The notes under the pieces are model-generated. The model searched no databases. It saw only the letters and a list, made by a program, of their open reading frames with translations, and had not been told where the DNA came from. 64,000 bases of DNA from Verrucomicrobiia bacterium (lineage in GTDB: Bacteria; Verrucomicrobiota; Verrucomicrobiia; Verrucomicrobiales; Akkermansiaceae). A program made the translations under genes and the position numbers. Location: NCBI GenBank assembly GCA_030431475.1, contig JAUIJD010000004.1, positions 115,194 through 179,193 of the forward strand, in the 5' to 3' direction. Of this stretch, positions 10,277-19,354 are shown in pieces. The number at the start of each line of letters is the position of its first letter. Positions within the stretch are counted from its first letter, which is position 1.

Positions 10277-11479
10277 ATGTCCGCCGCACGACGCTACGCC
10301 TTCGGCTTCCTCGGCGCCGTCGCCTGCTTCACCCTCATCGCGGCGGCGATCAACACCTGGGTCAACCCGCTCCGGGTCACCCCCGCTCCGTGGTCGGATC
10401 CCGGGTTCGAAGACTACCGGGAGATCGACAGCCAGATCCGCACCGGCAAGGCGGGCATGCTGCGCTCCACCGATCACCCGGACGCCGTCTTCGTCGGCTC
10501 GTCGCGGGTCGCGAACGGCTTCGATCCGGGCTTCGACGCCTGGGGCGAGCAGCAGGTGCTCAATCTCGGCTGCTCGGGGGGCTTCCTCTTCGAAACGATG
10601 GGCATCACCCGCCACCTGCTCGAGAACGAATCTCCGTCGGTCATCCTCTTCGGCGTCGATCCCGGCGACCTCTCGAACCCGATCGACACCCGACCGCTCG
10701 GTGACTACTACGCCTCCCCCTTTGCGGAAGGCGGAGACCGGCTCGACCGCGAGATGCGATACCTGATCGGCATCTCGACCCTCGAGATCTCCCTCGAAAC
10801 GCTGAGCCGGAAGAGCAAGGGCAGGCTGGCCTCCTACACCCCCCAGGGACTCCGGGTCCGCTCCGACAAGGCGGGACAGCGCAAGCAGATCGAGTTCATT
10901 CGCAGCCGGCTGCTCGGCGAGGCCTTCCTCGAGGACGACGGCCGGAAATCGAAGGCCGTGAATGAGGAGAAGCTCGCCCAGCTCGAGGAGATGCTGCGGC
11001 TCGCCCGCGAACACGGCACCCGCGTCATCCTCTACATCCACCCCCAGCATGCCGCGATGCACGCCCGCGCCGCCGACATCGACAATCCGCCGGTCATCTT
11101 CGAACCCGAGCGCCCGGCGCTGGTCGCCCTGGTCGAACGGGTGAACGCCGCCGACCTCGACGGCCCCAAGATCGAACTCTGGGACTTCTTCGACTTCCAC
11201 CCGATCAACTGCGAACCGCTGCCCCTGGACAGCGGCGACCGGATGCGCTTCTGGGGCGACCTCGGCCACTACTCGGTCGAGGTCGGCAACGCGATGCAGG
11301 CCCGGATGATGGGCTGGGACGTGCCGCTCGAAGCCGCCACGGACTACGGCGTTCGCCTCGATCCCTCCAACCTGGAGTCGCGCCTCGAACAGGTGCGGCA
11401 GCAGTACGGCGACTACCTGCGCGGACCCGGTGCCCGCGACGTCCAATGGAAGGAAGAACTCTTCAACGAAGCGAAGTGA
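10277..11479 (+). CDS. Membrane-anchored SGNH-like partner of an MBOAT (AlgJ/DltD/PatB-like), copy 1
   Basis: N-terminal TM helix, FVGSSR (block I-like Ser), C-terminal DLGH (DxxH); paralog of 14643-15893; TTGACA at 10241. Confidence 0.6.
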   Translation: MSAARRYAFGFLGAVACFTLIAAAINTWVNPLRVTPAPWSDPGFEDYREIDSQIRTGKAGMLRSTDHPDAVFVGSSRVANGFDPGFDAWGEQQVLNLGCSGGFLFETMGITRHLLENESPSVILFGVDPGDLSNPIDTRPLGDYYASPFAEGGDRLDREMRYLIGISTLEISLETLSRKSKGRLASYTPQGLRVRSDKAGQRKQIEFIRSRLLGEAFLEDDGRKSKAVNEEKLAQLEEMLRLAREHGTRVILYIHPQHAAMHARAADIDNPPVIFEPERPALVALVERVNAADLDGPKIELWDFFDFHPINCEPLPLDSGDRMRFWGDLGHYSVEVGNAMQARMMGWDVPLEAATDYGVRLDPSNLESRLEQVRQQYGDYLRGPGARDVQWKEELFNEAK

Positions 11480-11483
11480 CGCG

Positions 11484-13010
11484 ATGATCTTCAATTCGTA
11501 TCCCTACCTCTTTCTGTTCCTGCCGCTGGCCCTCATCGGCTTTCACCTGCTGAGGCGCGCCCCGTTCCGCGTGTCGATCGGCTTTCTGGTGCTGATGAGC
11601 TTCGTCTACTACGGGTGGTGGCGCCCGCAGGACCTGTGGGTCATCGGCGCGTCGTGCCTGTTCAACTACTTCGTCGGCCGCCGGATTTCGGATCAGCGGG
11701 GCCGAAAGGAGGGATTCACCGTCCTCACCATCGGCGTGGTGGCCAACCTCGCCCTTCTCGGGTGGTTCAAGTATGCGGGTCTCTTCGACAAGACCTTCGC
11801 CGCCCTCACCGGCGAGGGGCTCGACCTGACGCACATCATCCTGCCCCTCGGCATCTCGTTCTTCACCTTCCAGCAGGTCGCCTACCTGATCGACGCCTGG
11901 CGTGGGGAAACCGAGGAGTATCACTTCACCGACTACCTGCTCTTCGTCACCTTCTTCCCCCAACTCATCGCCGGGCCCATCGTCCACCACAAGGAGATGC
12001 TGCCGCAGTTCCAGCGGGGAAAAGGACGGGGCCTCCGCTCACTCGATTTCTCGGTCGGCGTCACCATCATCGCCTTCGGCCTGTTCAAGAAGGTCGTCCT
12101 CGCCGACTACCTCGCCCGAACCACCGGCCCGATCTTCGACATCGCGGCCGACCCCGATGGCCGGGCCCTCACCACCGGCGAGGCCTGGGCCGGGACGCTC
12201 GCCTACACGCTGCAGATCTACTTCGATTTCTCCGGCTATTCGGACATGGCCATCGGCTCCGCCCGGCTGTTCGGCATCCGCCTGCCGCTCAACTTCCATT
12301 CGCCCTACAAGTCGGTCTCGATCGTCGATTTCTGGCGTCGCTGGCACATGACGCTCTCACGCTTTCTGCGCGACTACCTCTACATCCCGCTCGGCGGCAA
12401 CCGCCTCGGGCCGGCCCGGCGCTACGGCAACCTCATGATCACCATGCTGCTGGGCGGACTGTGGCACGGCGCCGGCTGGACCTTTCTGATGTGGGGTGCC
12501 CTGCACGGTCTCTACCTCTGCATCAACCACGGCTGGCACCACCTGCGGCGGACCCTCCGGCTGCCCGCCATTCCAAAGCCGGTCGCGATCGGCCTCACCT
12601 TCCTCGCGGTGGCGCTGGCGTGGGTCCCCTTCCGTGCCGGCAACTACGAGCTCGACCCGGGCGGCACCACCGGATCCGCCCTGGGCGCCACCGGCGACCT
12701 GCTGGCCTCGATGTTCGGCCTGAACGGGTGGAGCTTCTGGCCGCCGGACACCGCCATCGCGGTCAAGGACAGCCGCGCCTTCCGCCCCATCGTGCTGGGG
12801 CTCATTCTCGTCTTCTTCTTGCCCAACACCCAGGAGGTCATGCGCCGCTACTGCCCGGCCATCGGCCTGCCGAGACCCTCCGAGGGCTACCGCAGGCGCT
12901 GGTGGCAGTGGCGCCCGACCCTGCCCTGGCTGGCCGTCACGCTCGGCCTGCTCTACGTCGTCGGACGCGAGTTCGACCAACTGAGCGAGTTCATCTACTT
13001 CCAGTTCTAG
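11484..13010 (+). CDS. MBOAT O-acyltransferase (AlgI/PatA/DltB-like), copy 1
   Basis: MIFNS, LPLGISFFTFQ, FFPQLIAGPI, YFDFSGYSDMA, FWRRWHMTLS, GLWHGA, C-terminal EFIYFQF. Confidence 0.92.
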   Translation: MIFNSYPYLFLFLPLALIGFHLLRRAPFRVSIGFLVLMSFVYYGWWRPQDLWVIGASCLFNYFVGRRISDQRGRKEGFTVLTIGVVANLALLGWFKYAGLFDKTFAALTGEGLDLTHIILPLGISFFTFQQVAYLIDAWRGETEEYHFTDYLLFVTFFPQLIAGPIVHHKEMLPQFQRGKGRGLRSLDFSVGVTIIAFGLFKKVVLADYLARTTGPIFDIAADPDGRALTTGEAWAGTLAYTLQIYFDFSGYSDMAIGSARLFGIRLPLNFHSPYKSVSIVDFWRRWHMTLSRFLRDYLYIPLGGNRLGPARRYGNLMITMLLGGLWHGAGWTFLMWGALHGLYLCINHGWHHLRRTLRLPAIPKPVAIGLTFLAVALAWVPFRAGNYELDPGGTTGSALGATGDLLASMFGLNGWSFWPPDTAIAVKDSRAFRPIVLGLILVFFLPNTQEVMRRYCPAIGLPRPSEGYRRRWWQWRPTLPWLAVTLGLLYVVGREFDQLSEFIYFQF

Positions 13011-13087
13011 CGCCCCGAATCGGCGTTGCATCGGGCGGCACCGCCCCCTAAACCCTCCGGGACCCGCCGCCGGCACGGAAAGCCCCG

Positions 13088-14638
13088 ATGATCTTCAATT
13101 CATACACCTTCCTGCTGCTTTTCCTGCCGCTCACCCTGCTCGGGTTCCACCTGGTCGGGCAGCGCAACCTGCGGGTCGGCTTCGCCTGGCTGGTGCTGAT
13201 GAGCCTGGTCTACTACGGCTGGTGGAACCCCAACCCCGCCGAGCCCTGGTCGCCGTGGTGGCTGTGCCTCATCCTCGGGTCCTCCGTCACCAACTTCTTC
13301 CTCGGCCGGGCGATCACCTCCCACCGGGGCGTGCGCGCCGGCTTCGGCATCCTCACCGCCGGGGTCGTGGCCAACCTCGGGGTGCTCGCCTGGTTCAAGT
13401 ATGCGGGCCTTTTCGCCAAGACCATGGTCGCGCTGACCGGCGGCGGGATCAATTTTCCCGACGTCATCCTGCCCCTCGGCATCTCCTTCTTCACCTTCCA
13501 GCAGATCGCCTACCTGGTCGATGCCTGGCGCGGCGAGACGAAGGAGTACCACTTCACCGACTACCTGCTCTTCGTCACCTTCTTCCCCCAGCTCATCGCC
13601 GGACCCATCGTCCACCACAAGGAGATGCTGCCGCAGTTCCAGCACGGACGCTACAACTCGCAGCGCTGGGTGAACTTCTCGGTCGGTCTCACGATCCTGA
13701 TCGCCGGACTTTTCAAGAAGGTGGTGCTGGCCGACAACTTCGCGCCCATCGCCAACCGCCTCTTCGGGCTGGCCCTTTCCGGAGAGCGTGACCTGACCAT
13801 CGGCGAGGCCTGGACCGCCGCCACCTCCTACGGCCTGCAGATCTACTTCGACTTCTCCGGCTACTCGGACATGGCGATCGGTGCCGCCCGCCTTTTCGGC
13901 ATCCGCCTGCCGCTGAACTTCCATTCCCCCTACAAGGCCACCTCGGTGGTCGACTTCTGGCGGCGCTGGCACATCACCCTCTCACGCTTCCTCCGCGACT
14001 ACCTCTACATCCCCCTCGGCGGGAATCGACGCGGACCGTCCCGGCGCTACGTCAACCTGATGCTGACCATGGCCCTCGGTGGTCTCTGGCACGGCGCCGG
14101 CTGGACCTTCGTCCTGTGGGGGGTGCTGCACGGGCTCTATCTCTGCGTCAATCACGGCTGGTTCGCCCTGCGCAAGCACCTGAAGTGGCCGTCGCTGCCC
14201 AAGCCGGTTGCGATCCTGCTGACCTTCGTCGCGGTCATGACCGCCTGGGTTCCCTTCCGTGCCGGTGGTTTCGAACTCGGTCCCGACGGGTCGACCCACA
14301 AGGCGCTGGCCGCCACCGGGCGCATCCTCGGTTCGATGTTCGGCCTCAACGGTTTCGAGGGCTGGCCGGACCGCAGCGCGATGATGGTCAAGGACAGCCA
14401 CGCCTTCCGGGCCGTTGCCTGCGTGCTCCTGGTGTGGCTCCTGCCCAACACCCAGCAGTGGATGCGCCGCTACCAACCGGGACTCGGCCTTTCCAGCCTG
14501 CCCGGCGGCGGGCTCGGCCCTCGGCGCTGGTGGCAATGGCAACCCAGCGTCGCCTGGGGGATCTTTCTGATCCTGCTGATGGCGGGAACCATCTACCAAT
14601 TCGACAAACTCAGCGAGTTCATCTATTTCCAATTCTGA
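13088..14638 (+). CDS. MBOAT O-acyltransferase (AlgI/PatA/DltB-like), copy 2
   Basis: Same motif set as copy 1, ending SEFIYFQF. Confidence 0.92.
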   Translation: MIFNSYTFLLLFLPLTLLGFHLVGQRNLRVGFAWLVLMSLVYYGWWNPNPAEPWSPWWLCLILGSSVTNFFLGRAITSHRGVRAGFGILTAGVVANLGVLAWFKYAGLFAKTMVALTGGGINFPDVILPLGISFFTFQQIAYLVDAWRGETKEYHFTDYLLFVTFFPQLIAGPIVHHKEMLPQFQHGRYNSQRWVNFSVGLTILIAGLFKKVVLADNFAPIANRLFGLALSGERDLTIGEAWTAATSYGLQIYFDFSGYSDMAIGAARLFGIRLPLNFHSPYKATSVVDFWRRWHITLSRFLRDYLYIPLGGNRRGPSRRYVNLMLTMALGGLWHGAGWTFVLWGVLHGLYLCVNHGWFALRKHLKWPSLPKPVAILLTFVAVMTAWVPFRAGGFELGPDGSTHKALAATGRILGSMFGLNGFEGWPDRSAMMVKDSHAFRAVACVLLVWLLPNTQQWMRRYQPGLGLSSLPGGGLGPRRWWQWQPSVAWGIFLILLMAGTIYQFDKLSEFIYFQF

Positions 14639-14642
14639 CGAG

Positions 14643-15893
14643 ATGCCCGGACTTCGCCAGCAACCCTACCGCCGCTTCGCGCTGACTCTCGTCGGCTTCG
14701 TGGCGCTGGTCGTGGTCGTCTTCACCGGACTCAACACCTGGATCAATCCGCTGTGGGTCACCCCCGCCCCGTGGACCAACCCCGAGTTCAGCGAGTGGCG
14801 ACCGGTCTACCGCTACCAACGCACCGCCAAGGCCGGCATGATCCGGGCCGAAAGCTGGGACGCCGCCTTCTTCGGATCGTCCCGCATCGACATTGCCCTG
14901 GACCCCTCGCTTCCCGAGTGGGGCGACACCCGTGCGGTCAACCTCGCCGTCAGCGCCGGAACGCTCCCGGAAACTTCGGGCATCCTCCACTACACGCTCC
15001 AGGACGACCCGCTGGAGATTGCGGTCGTCGGCATCGACCTCGGCGACCTGATGGGCGGAGGCTCGGGCATCCGCTCCACCGGCTACATGGAGTCCCCCTT
15101 CAACGAGAAGGGCGACGCCTTCGAGCGCGAGCTGCGCTACCTGGCCGGGATCTCCACCTTCGAGAGCTCGATCAAGACGCTCACGAACCGTGCCGAGAAG
15201 GAGCTGCCCGAATATACCCCCCAGGGCCACCGCCTGCGGCACCAGGAGCCCGAAAATGTCGAGCGCGTCATCTATCGCGACTCCATTCCGCACGCCCTGC
15301 GCACCATCCGGCGACGGAGGGTCGGCATCGAACCGCATCCATGGAAGGTCGACTGTTTCCAGCGCATCCTCGACGATACCAAGGAGGCGGGCACGCGACT
15401 CGTCGTCGTGATTCCCCCGAATCACTCGACCTACATCGGCGTCTACCACCACGCCAACGACATCGATCGCTACTTCATGAAGGATCGCACCCTGATGGTC
15501 GAGATGGTCGAGGCCTCCAACCAGGAGCACCCCGACGCCCCGCCGGCGATCATCTGGGACTTCAACGATTTCCACCCGCTGAACTGCGAACCCATCCCCC
15601 GCGATGGCTCCCGCATGCACTGGTGGCTCGACGGCACCCACGCCCGCAAGGCACTTGGGGACGTGATGCTTGCTCGTATCATGGGATGGCACATCGAGGA
15701 CCCCGAAAGCCGCACCTACGGGATGAAGCTCACCCGCGAGACCCTCGATCAGCGACCGGAGCAGATCCGCCAAGGCTACCTCCGCTTCAAGGAAGCGCAG
15801 CCCGACGACTGGAAGTGGATGGTCGATGCCGCCGATGCCTACCAGAGCACCGGCGAGGACATTCCGGCCATCGACGACACGGACGCCCGCTGA
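14643..15893 (+). CDS. Membrane-anchored SGNH-like partner of an MBOAT, copy 2
   Basis: N-terminal TM helix, NTWINPLWVTPAPW, FFGSSR, DFNDFHPLNCEP, DGTH (DxxH). Confidence 0.6.
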   Translation: MPGLRQQPYRRFALTLVGFVALVVVVFTGLNTWINPLWVTPAPWTNPEFSEWRPVYRYQRTAKAGMIRAESWDAAFFGSSRIDIALDPSLPEWGDTRAVNLAVSAGTLPETSGILHYTLQDDPLEIAVVGIDLGDLMGGGSGIRSTGYMESPFNEKGDAFERELRYLAGISTFESSIKTLTNRAEKELPEYTPQGHRLRHQEPENVERVIYRDSIPHALRTIRRRRVGIEPHPWKVDCFQRILDDTKEAGTRLVVVIPPNHSTYIGVYHHANDIDRYFMKDRTLMVEMVEASNQEHPDAPPAIIWDFNDFHPLNCEPIPRDGSRMHWWLDGTHARKALGDVMLARIMGWHIEDPESRTYGMKLTRETLDQRPEQIRQGYLRFKEAQPDDWKWMVDAADAYQSTGEDIPAIDDTDAR

Positions 15894-15933
15894 GGATCCG
15901 GGCCTCGCGGCTCGGGACCGTGCCGCTCCGGGC

Positions 15934-16551
15934 TCAGGCGGCCTGATTGCGCATCAGGCCGATCATCACCCCCTGAATCACCAGTTCCCGCGCGGGAATC
16001 AGGTCGGGGTAGTCGGGGTTCTCCGCCTTGAGGTAGGCCTTGCGGTCCTTCACCACGTACCGCTTGAGCGTCGTCTCGCCGTCGATCAAAGCGGCGACGA
16101 CATCCCCTTTCCGTGGCTCACGGAACTCGAGAATCACGGTATCGCCGTCGCAGATGTGCGCGTCGATCATCGAGTCCCCCCGCACCTTGAGGGCGAAGGT
16201 CCGGGCGGTCGGGCGGATCCCGAGCGTGCGAATGTCGATGGAAACGCACCCCTCGCGCTCCGGCGGAGCGTCCTGAGCCATACCCGCGGCGATCGAGCCG
16301 TAGATCGGAATGTCGACGATCTCCTCGCGGTCGAGATCCTCGGGGAAGACGACCGCCCGTGCCTTGTTCGGCAAACGCTGGATCGCCCCCTTGCGCTCGA
16401 GCGCCCGGAGATGGCTGACCGCCGCCGTCTGGCTGGCGAAGCCGAAGTGGTGCTGGATCTCACGCGTCGAAGGCATCAGGCCCAGTTCGCGCTGATAGGC
16501 TTTGAGATATTCGAGGATCTCCTGTTGTCGTCGGGTGAGTTGCTCGGACAT
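15934..16551 (-). CDS. lexA: SOS repressor LexA
   Basis: LTRRQQEILEYL..PSTREI..HFGFAS winged HTH; GSIAAG (Ala-Gly cleavage site); VRGDSM (Ser); TLKR (Lys). Confidence 0.95.
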   Translation of the reverse strand: MSEQLTRRQQEILEYLKAYQRELGLMPSTREIQHHFGFASQTAAVSHLRALERKGAIQRLPNKARAVVFPEDLDREEIVDIPIYGSIAAGMAQDAPPEREGCVSIDIRTLGIRPTARTFALKVRGDSMIDAHICDGDTVILEFREPRKGDVVAALIDGETTLKRYVVKDRKAYLKAENPDYPDLIPARELVIQGVMIGLMRNQAA

Positions 16552-16565
16552 GATTCGATGAACAG

Positions 16566-16579
16566 TGTTCGCCAGAACA
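16566..16579. promoter_or_regulatory. LexA-binding (SOS) box, Verrucomicrobia type TGTTC-N4-GAACA
   Basis: Exact TGTTCGCCAGAACA 15 bp upstream of the lexA start; two degenerate copies at 16551-16564 and 16585-16598. Confidence 0.85.
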
Positions 16580-16621
16580 AAACACGTCCATCTGAACAGG
16601 GCAAGCCGAAACGGTGGAGCT

Positions 16622-17800
16622 TCAGCGGGCCGGAAACATCGGCACCTTCTCCCATTCGAGCTCGAAGCCATGGAACTTGGCGGCGAGGTCCGCCTTGGCC
16701 TCGGGAGTGAAGGGCGCCGTCGTGAACAGGGGAAGGATCGGACGTCCGTCGGCGGTTTTCCGGTATTCCTCGCCCTGCTTCTCGACGAGCAGGATGAAGC
16801 CAAGCATGCCGCCGGGTCTCTCACCGATGCCGAGATCCATCCGGACCTCCTGGCCCCGCCGCATTCTGACCCAGTCCCCCACCACCAGTTTCTGATTGCC
16901 GAGTGGCGAGGTCCACTTTCCCGAATCACGATCGGGATCCCATCGATCGGCGATCCGTTTCTGGATGTCGGGCCAGCAGGCGACCAGCCTCACCTTGCCG
17001 TCGATCATCACGCAAAGGTAGTCGTCTCCCATGCCGACGAAGCGGTAACGGCCGTCTTCGGGCACGACGAGGTTGCCGGAGTAGTGGGCCACCCAACCGC
17101 TCGGCTGCATGTCCTTCTCGGCCCCGAAGTGGCTCGGCCCGTCCGACGCCGGACCGAAGGGAATCGCCAGGTGGGTCAGGGACAGTTCATGCGGCGCGCG
17201 GAAGAATTCCTTCAGTGTGCTCGACGAGAAGTCCCGTTTGTGGAGGCGGACCACGTTGTCGACATAGTTCGTCCGCTGATCCCCGTCGAGGTAGTCCCGG
17301 TTCGGCTGCTTCGCGGGGTCCTGCTTGAAATCATAGAGCCGGCCCTTGAGCGCCCCGGCGATCGGCTGCGAACTTCCGAATCCGCCGCCGGTACCGCCCG
17401 CGGCACCCATGCCTCCCCCAAAGCCGCCTTCGCCGAAATCGTCGCCGCTCCCGAAGTCGAGGGACACGCTCGGCACCTCGACATCGGCCACCGGGATCGC
17501 CACCGGAGCCATCGACGACGAGGTGATCACCCGCGCCATCGACGACGCCGGGGCGCTTGGCTGCTTCTGGATCGAGGTCGGGCGTTTCCTGGGTTCATCC
17601 AGCTTCTCCCGCGAGGGCAACTGATAGGTCACGATCGGTTCGTGCTTCCGGCCGATGGGCACGAGCACCCACAAGGTCAGGAGCAAGGCCAACAAGGCAA
17701 CCACCAGAATCGAGATCAGAACGGAAGACCACGAACTCCGTCGGCGGATGGCGCGGAGGCGGGCTTCGGCTTCGGGCGTGACGCGGGCGTGGAGGCTCAT
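16622..17800 (-). CDS. Membrane-anchored hypothetical protein with a PA14-like C-terminal domain
   Basis: TM helix after RRRSSWSS, Ser/Pro/Gly-rich linker, HYSGNLVVPEDGRYRFVGMGDD (PA14-like); GGAGG RBS upstream of ATG 17800. Confidence 0.55.
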   Translation of the reverse strand: MSLHARVTPEAEARLRAIRRRSSWSSVLISILVVALLALLLTLWVLVPIGRKHEPIVTYQLPSREKLDEPRKRPTSIQKQPSAPASSMARVITSSSMAPVAIPVADVEVPSVSLDFGSGDDFGEGGFGGGMGAAGGTGGGFGSSQPIAGALKGRLYDFKQDPAKQPNRDYLDGDQRTNYVDNVVRLHKRDFSSSTLKEFFRAPHELSLTHLAIPFGPASDGPSHFGAEKDMQPSGWVAHYSGNLVVPEDGRYRFVGMGDDYLCVMIDGKVRLVACWPDIQKRIADRWDPDRDSGKWTSPLGNQKLVVGDWVRMRRGQEVRMDLGIGERPGGMLGFILLVEKQGEEYRKTADGRPILPLFTTAPFTPEAKADLAAKFHGFELEWEKVPMFPAR

Positions 17801-17875
17801 GCCTCCTTCAACGGACCGGACCACCCCCGGATTAGGTCAATCCGGCGCGCCCCCCGGAATCCTCCACCGGATCCT

Positions 17876-18868
17876 TCAGTTCTCCGCCATCTGGCTCTTC
17901 CACATCGGCGAGGGAGGCAGGTCGCGCGGCCGGCAGATGACAATCCCCGCGTGCTTGGAGGAACCTTTCAGGTAGTCGGTGATCGGTCGGTCGATGATCG
18001 TCCGCCGGCCCTTGTCGCGATCGGAGGTCGCGTGGGCGAACAGGGCCCGGTTCCCCTTTCGGACGATCAGGCCCACATGCGAGGTGTAGCCGTACTTCCA
18101 GTTGGTGGTGATCGCACAGATGTCGCCGTCCTGCAGGTAGCCCTCGATCGCACGAACGCGCGACTTCGGAACGTGGTGCACCGGCAGACGCGACACCCGC
18201 TGCTCGATCTTGTCGATCTGGGGGATCAACTCCCGGTTGTTCCGCAGATAGCGGTAGCTCTTCCACTGCTCCGGCATCTCCTTGATCTCCCGCCGGAGAC
18301 GGACCGCTCCCGGCAGCCGGCTGGTGACATTGGTCGCCAGACCCCGCTTCTGGTTGTCGTAAAACACCTCCTCGAGGTGGTGCATCCGGCTCAGGTAGTT
18401 GCCGTTGCAACGGCCGGCCCGGTAGCGCTCGAGTTCGATCATGTGGAGCAGGTCCTCGGGCCGATACGGCCCCGGCTTGTACTTGAGCATGCGGGCGAAG
18501 CCGAGGGCATTCTCGTAGTAGGTCCAGCAATCCATGCCCCGCAGATTCACCACCGGGCTCTCGATGTGGTCGTCGACCTCAAGGGTGTAGTTGACGTACG
18601 GCACTCCGGTCATCGCCCGCGCCACCTTCACCGTCCGCTGACCCAGCGGCAGGCGCCGCCAGTTCTCCCGTTCGGCCCGGGCGACCAGCGCCTGGAATTT
18701 CGACTCGCCCCGGAACACCGTCGACATGGGCAGCCTCGGCTTGCTGGGAGGCGTGACCGAGTGCAACGAGCCCGAAACCGGGCGGGACTCGATGGAGCCA
18801 CCGCCGCCCCCTCCGCAGGAGACGAGCAAGGCGGCGGGCAGGACGAGGGCGAGGACGGGAGAACGCAT
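17876..18868 (-). CDS. DUF1460-like (NlpC/P60-type) N-acetylmuramoyl-L-alanine amidase lipoprotein
   Basis: Lipobox LLVSC; GVPYVNYTLE, MDCWTYYENAL (catalytic Cys), LQDGDI, TSHVG (His). Confidence 0.75.
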   Translation of the reverse strand: MRSPVLALVLPAALLVSCGGGGGGSIESRPVSGSLHSVTPPSKPRLPMSTVFRGESKFQALVARAERENWRRLPLGQRTVKVARAMTGVPYVNYTLEVDDHIESPVVNLRGMDCWTYYENALGFARMLKYKPGPYRPEDLLHMIELERYRAGRCNGNYLSRMHHLEEVFYDNQKRGLATNVTSRLPGAVRLRREIKEMPEQWKSYRYLRNNRELIPQIDKIEQRVSRLPVHHVPKSRVRAIEGYLQDGDICAITTNWKYGYTSHVGLIVRKGNRALFAHATSDRDKGRRTIIDRPITDYLKGSSKHAGIVICRPRDLPPSPMWKSQMAEN

Positions 18869-18908
18869 GATCCGCAGCCTACTCCCATCCCCGGCCCTTG
18901 GAAAGGGA

Positions 18909-19265
18909 TCAATCCACACGTCGGATGCGGATCGCGCCGCGGGCCTTGGACGGGTCGACCACCTGCCCTCCCTGCACGATCTCGACCCTTCCTTGCGCGA
19001 CCAGACGCCGGGCCGCCCGCCGCACGTCCTCCATCCGCCCGCGCCAGGCCCCGGAGAAGTGTCTCCTGGCAGCCTCACTCGGGCAGATGGTCGCCCCGCA
19101 CGCCCGACCGTCGAGCAAGTCGAGAATCGTCTTCTCCAGGGAGCCGTCACCCGCCCCCCGCCGGCGACACGCCGCCGAACAGAATCGCACCTGATCCCAG
19201 CAATTCTTCCACTTCCGCCGCCACTCGATGCGCCGCCCGCAGCTCGCGCAGGTCTTTTCCTCCAT
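18909..19265 (-). CDS. DUF2256 + DUF3253 domain protein
   Basis: KTCASCGRRIEWRRKWKNCWDQVRFCSAACR; TICPSEAAR, VRRAARRL, Q.G..VDP...RGAIRIR. Confidence 0.8.
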   Translation of the reverse strand: MEEKTCASCGRRIEWRRKWKNCWDQVRFCSAACRRRGAGDGSLEKTILDLLDGRACGATICPSEAARRHFSGAWRGRMEDVRRAARRLVAQGRVEIVQGGQVVDPSKARGAIRIRRVD

Positions 19266-19354
19266 CACCCCGCAAGGACAACCGGCATCGGCGACGCGCA
19301 AGTTCAGGAAATTCTCGGTTGATGGACGCGGGGCTCCGGGGCGACAACCAGCCC

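Noticed and set aside
16565-19354. 1066-aa plus-strand ORF
   Set aside because: Only its last 136 codons (DUF5069-like, from 19355) look protein-like; the rest overlaps three genuine minus-strand genes.
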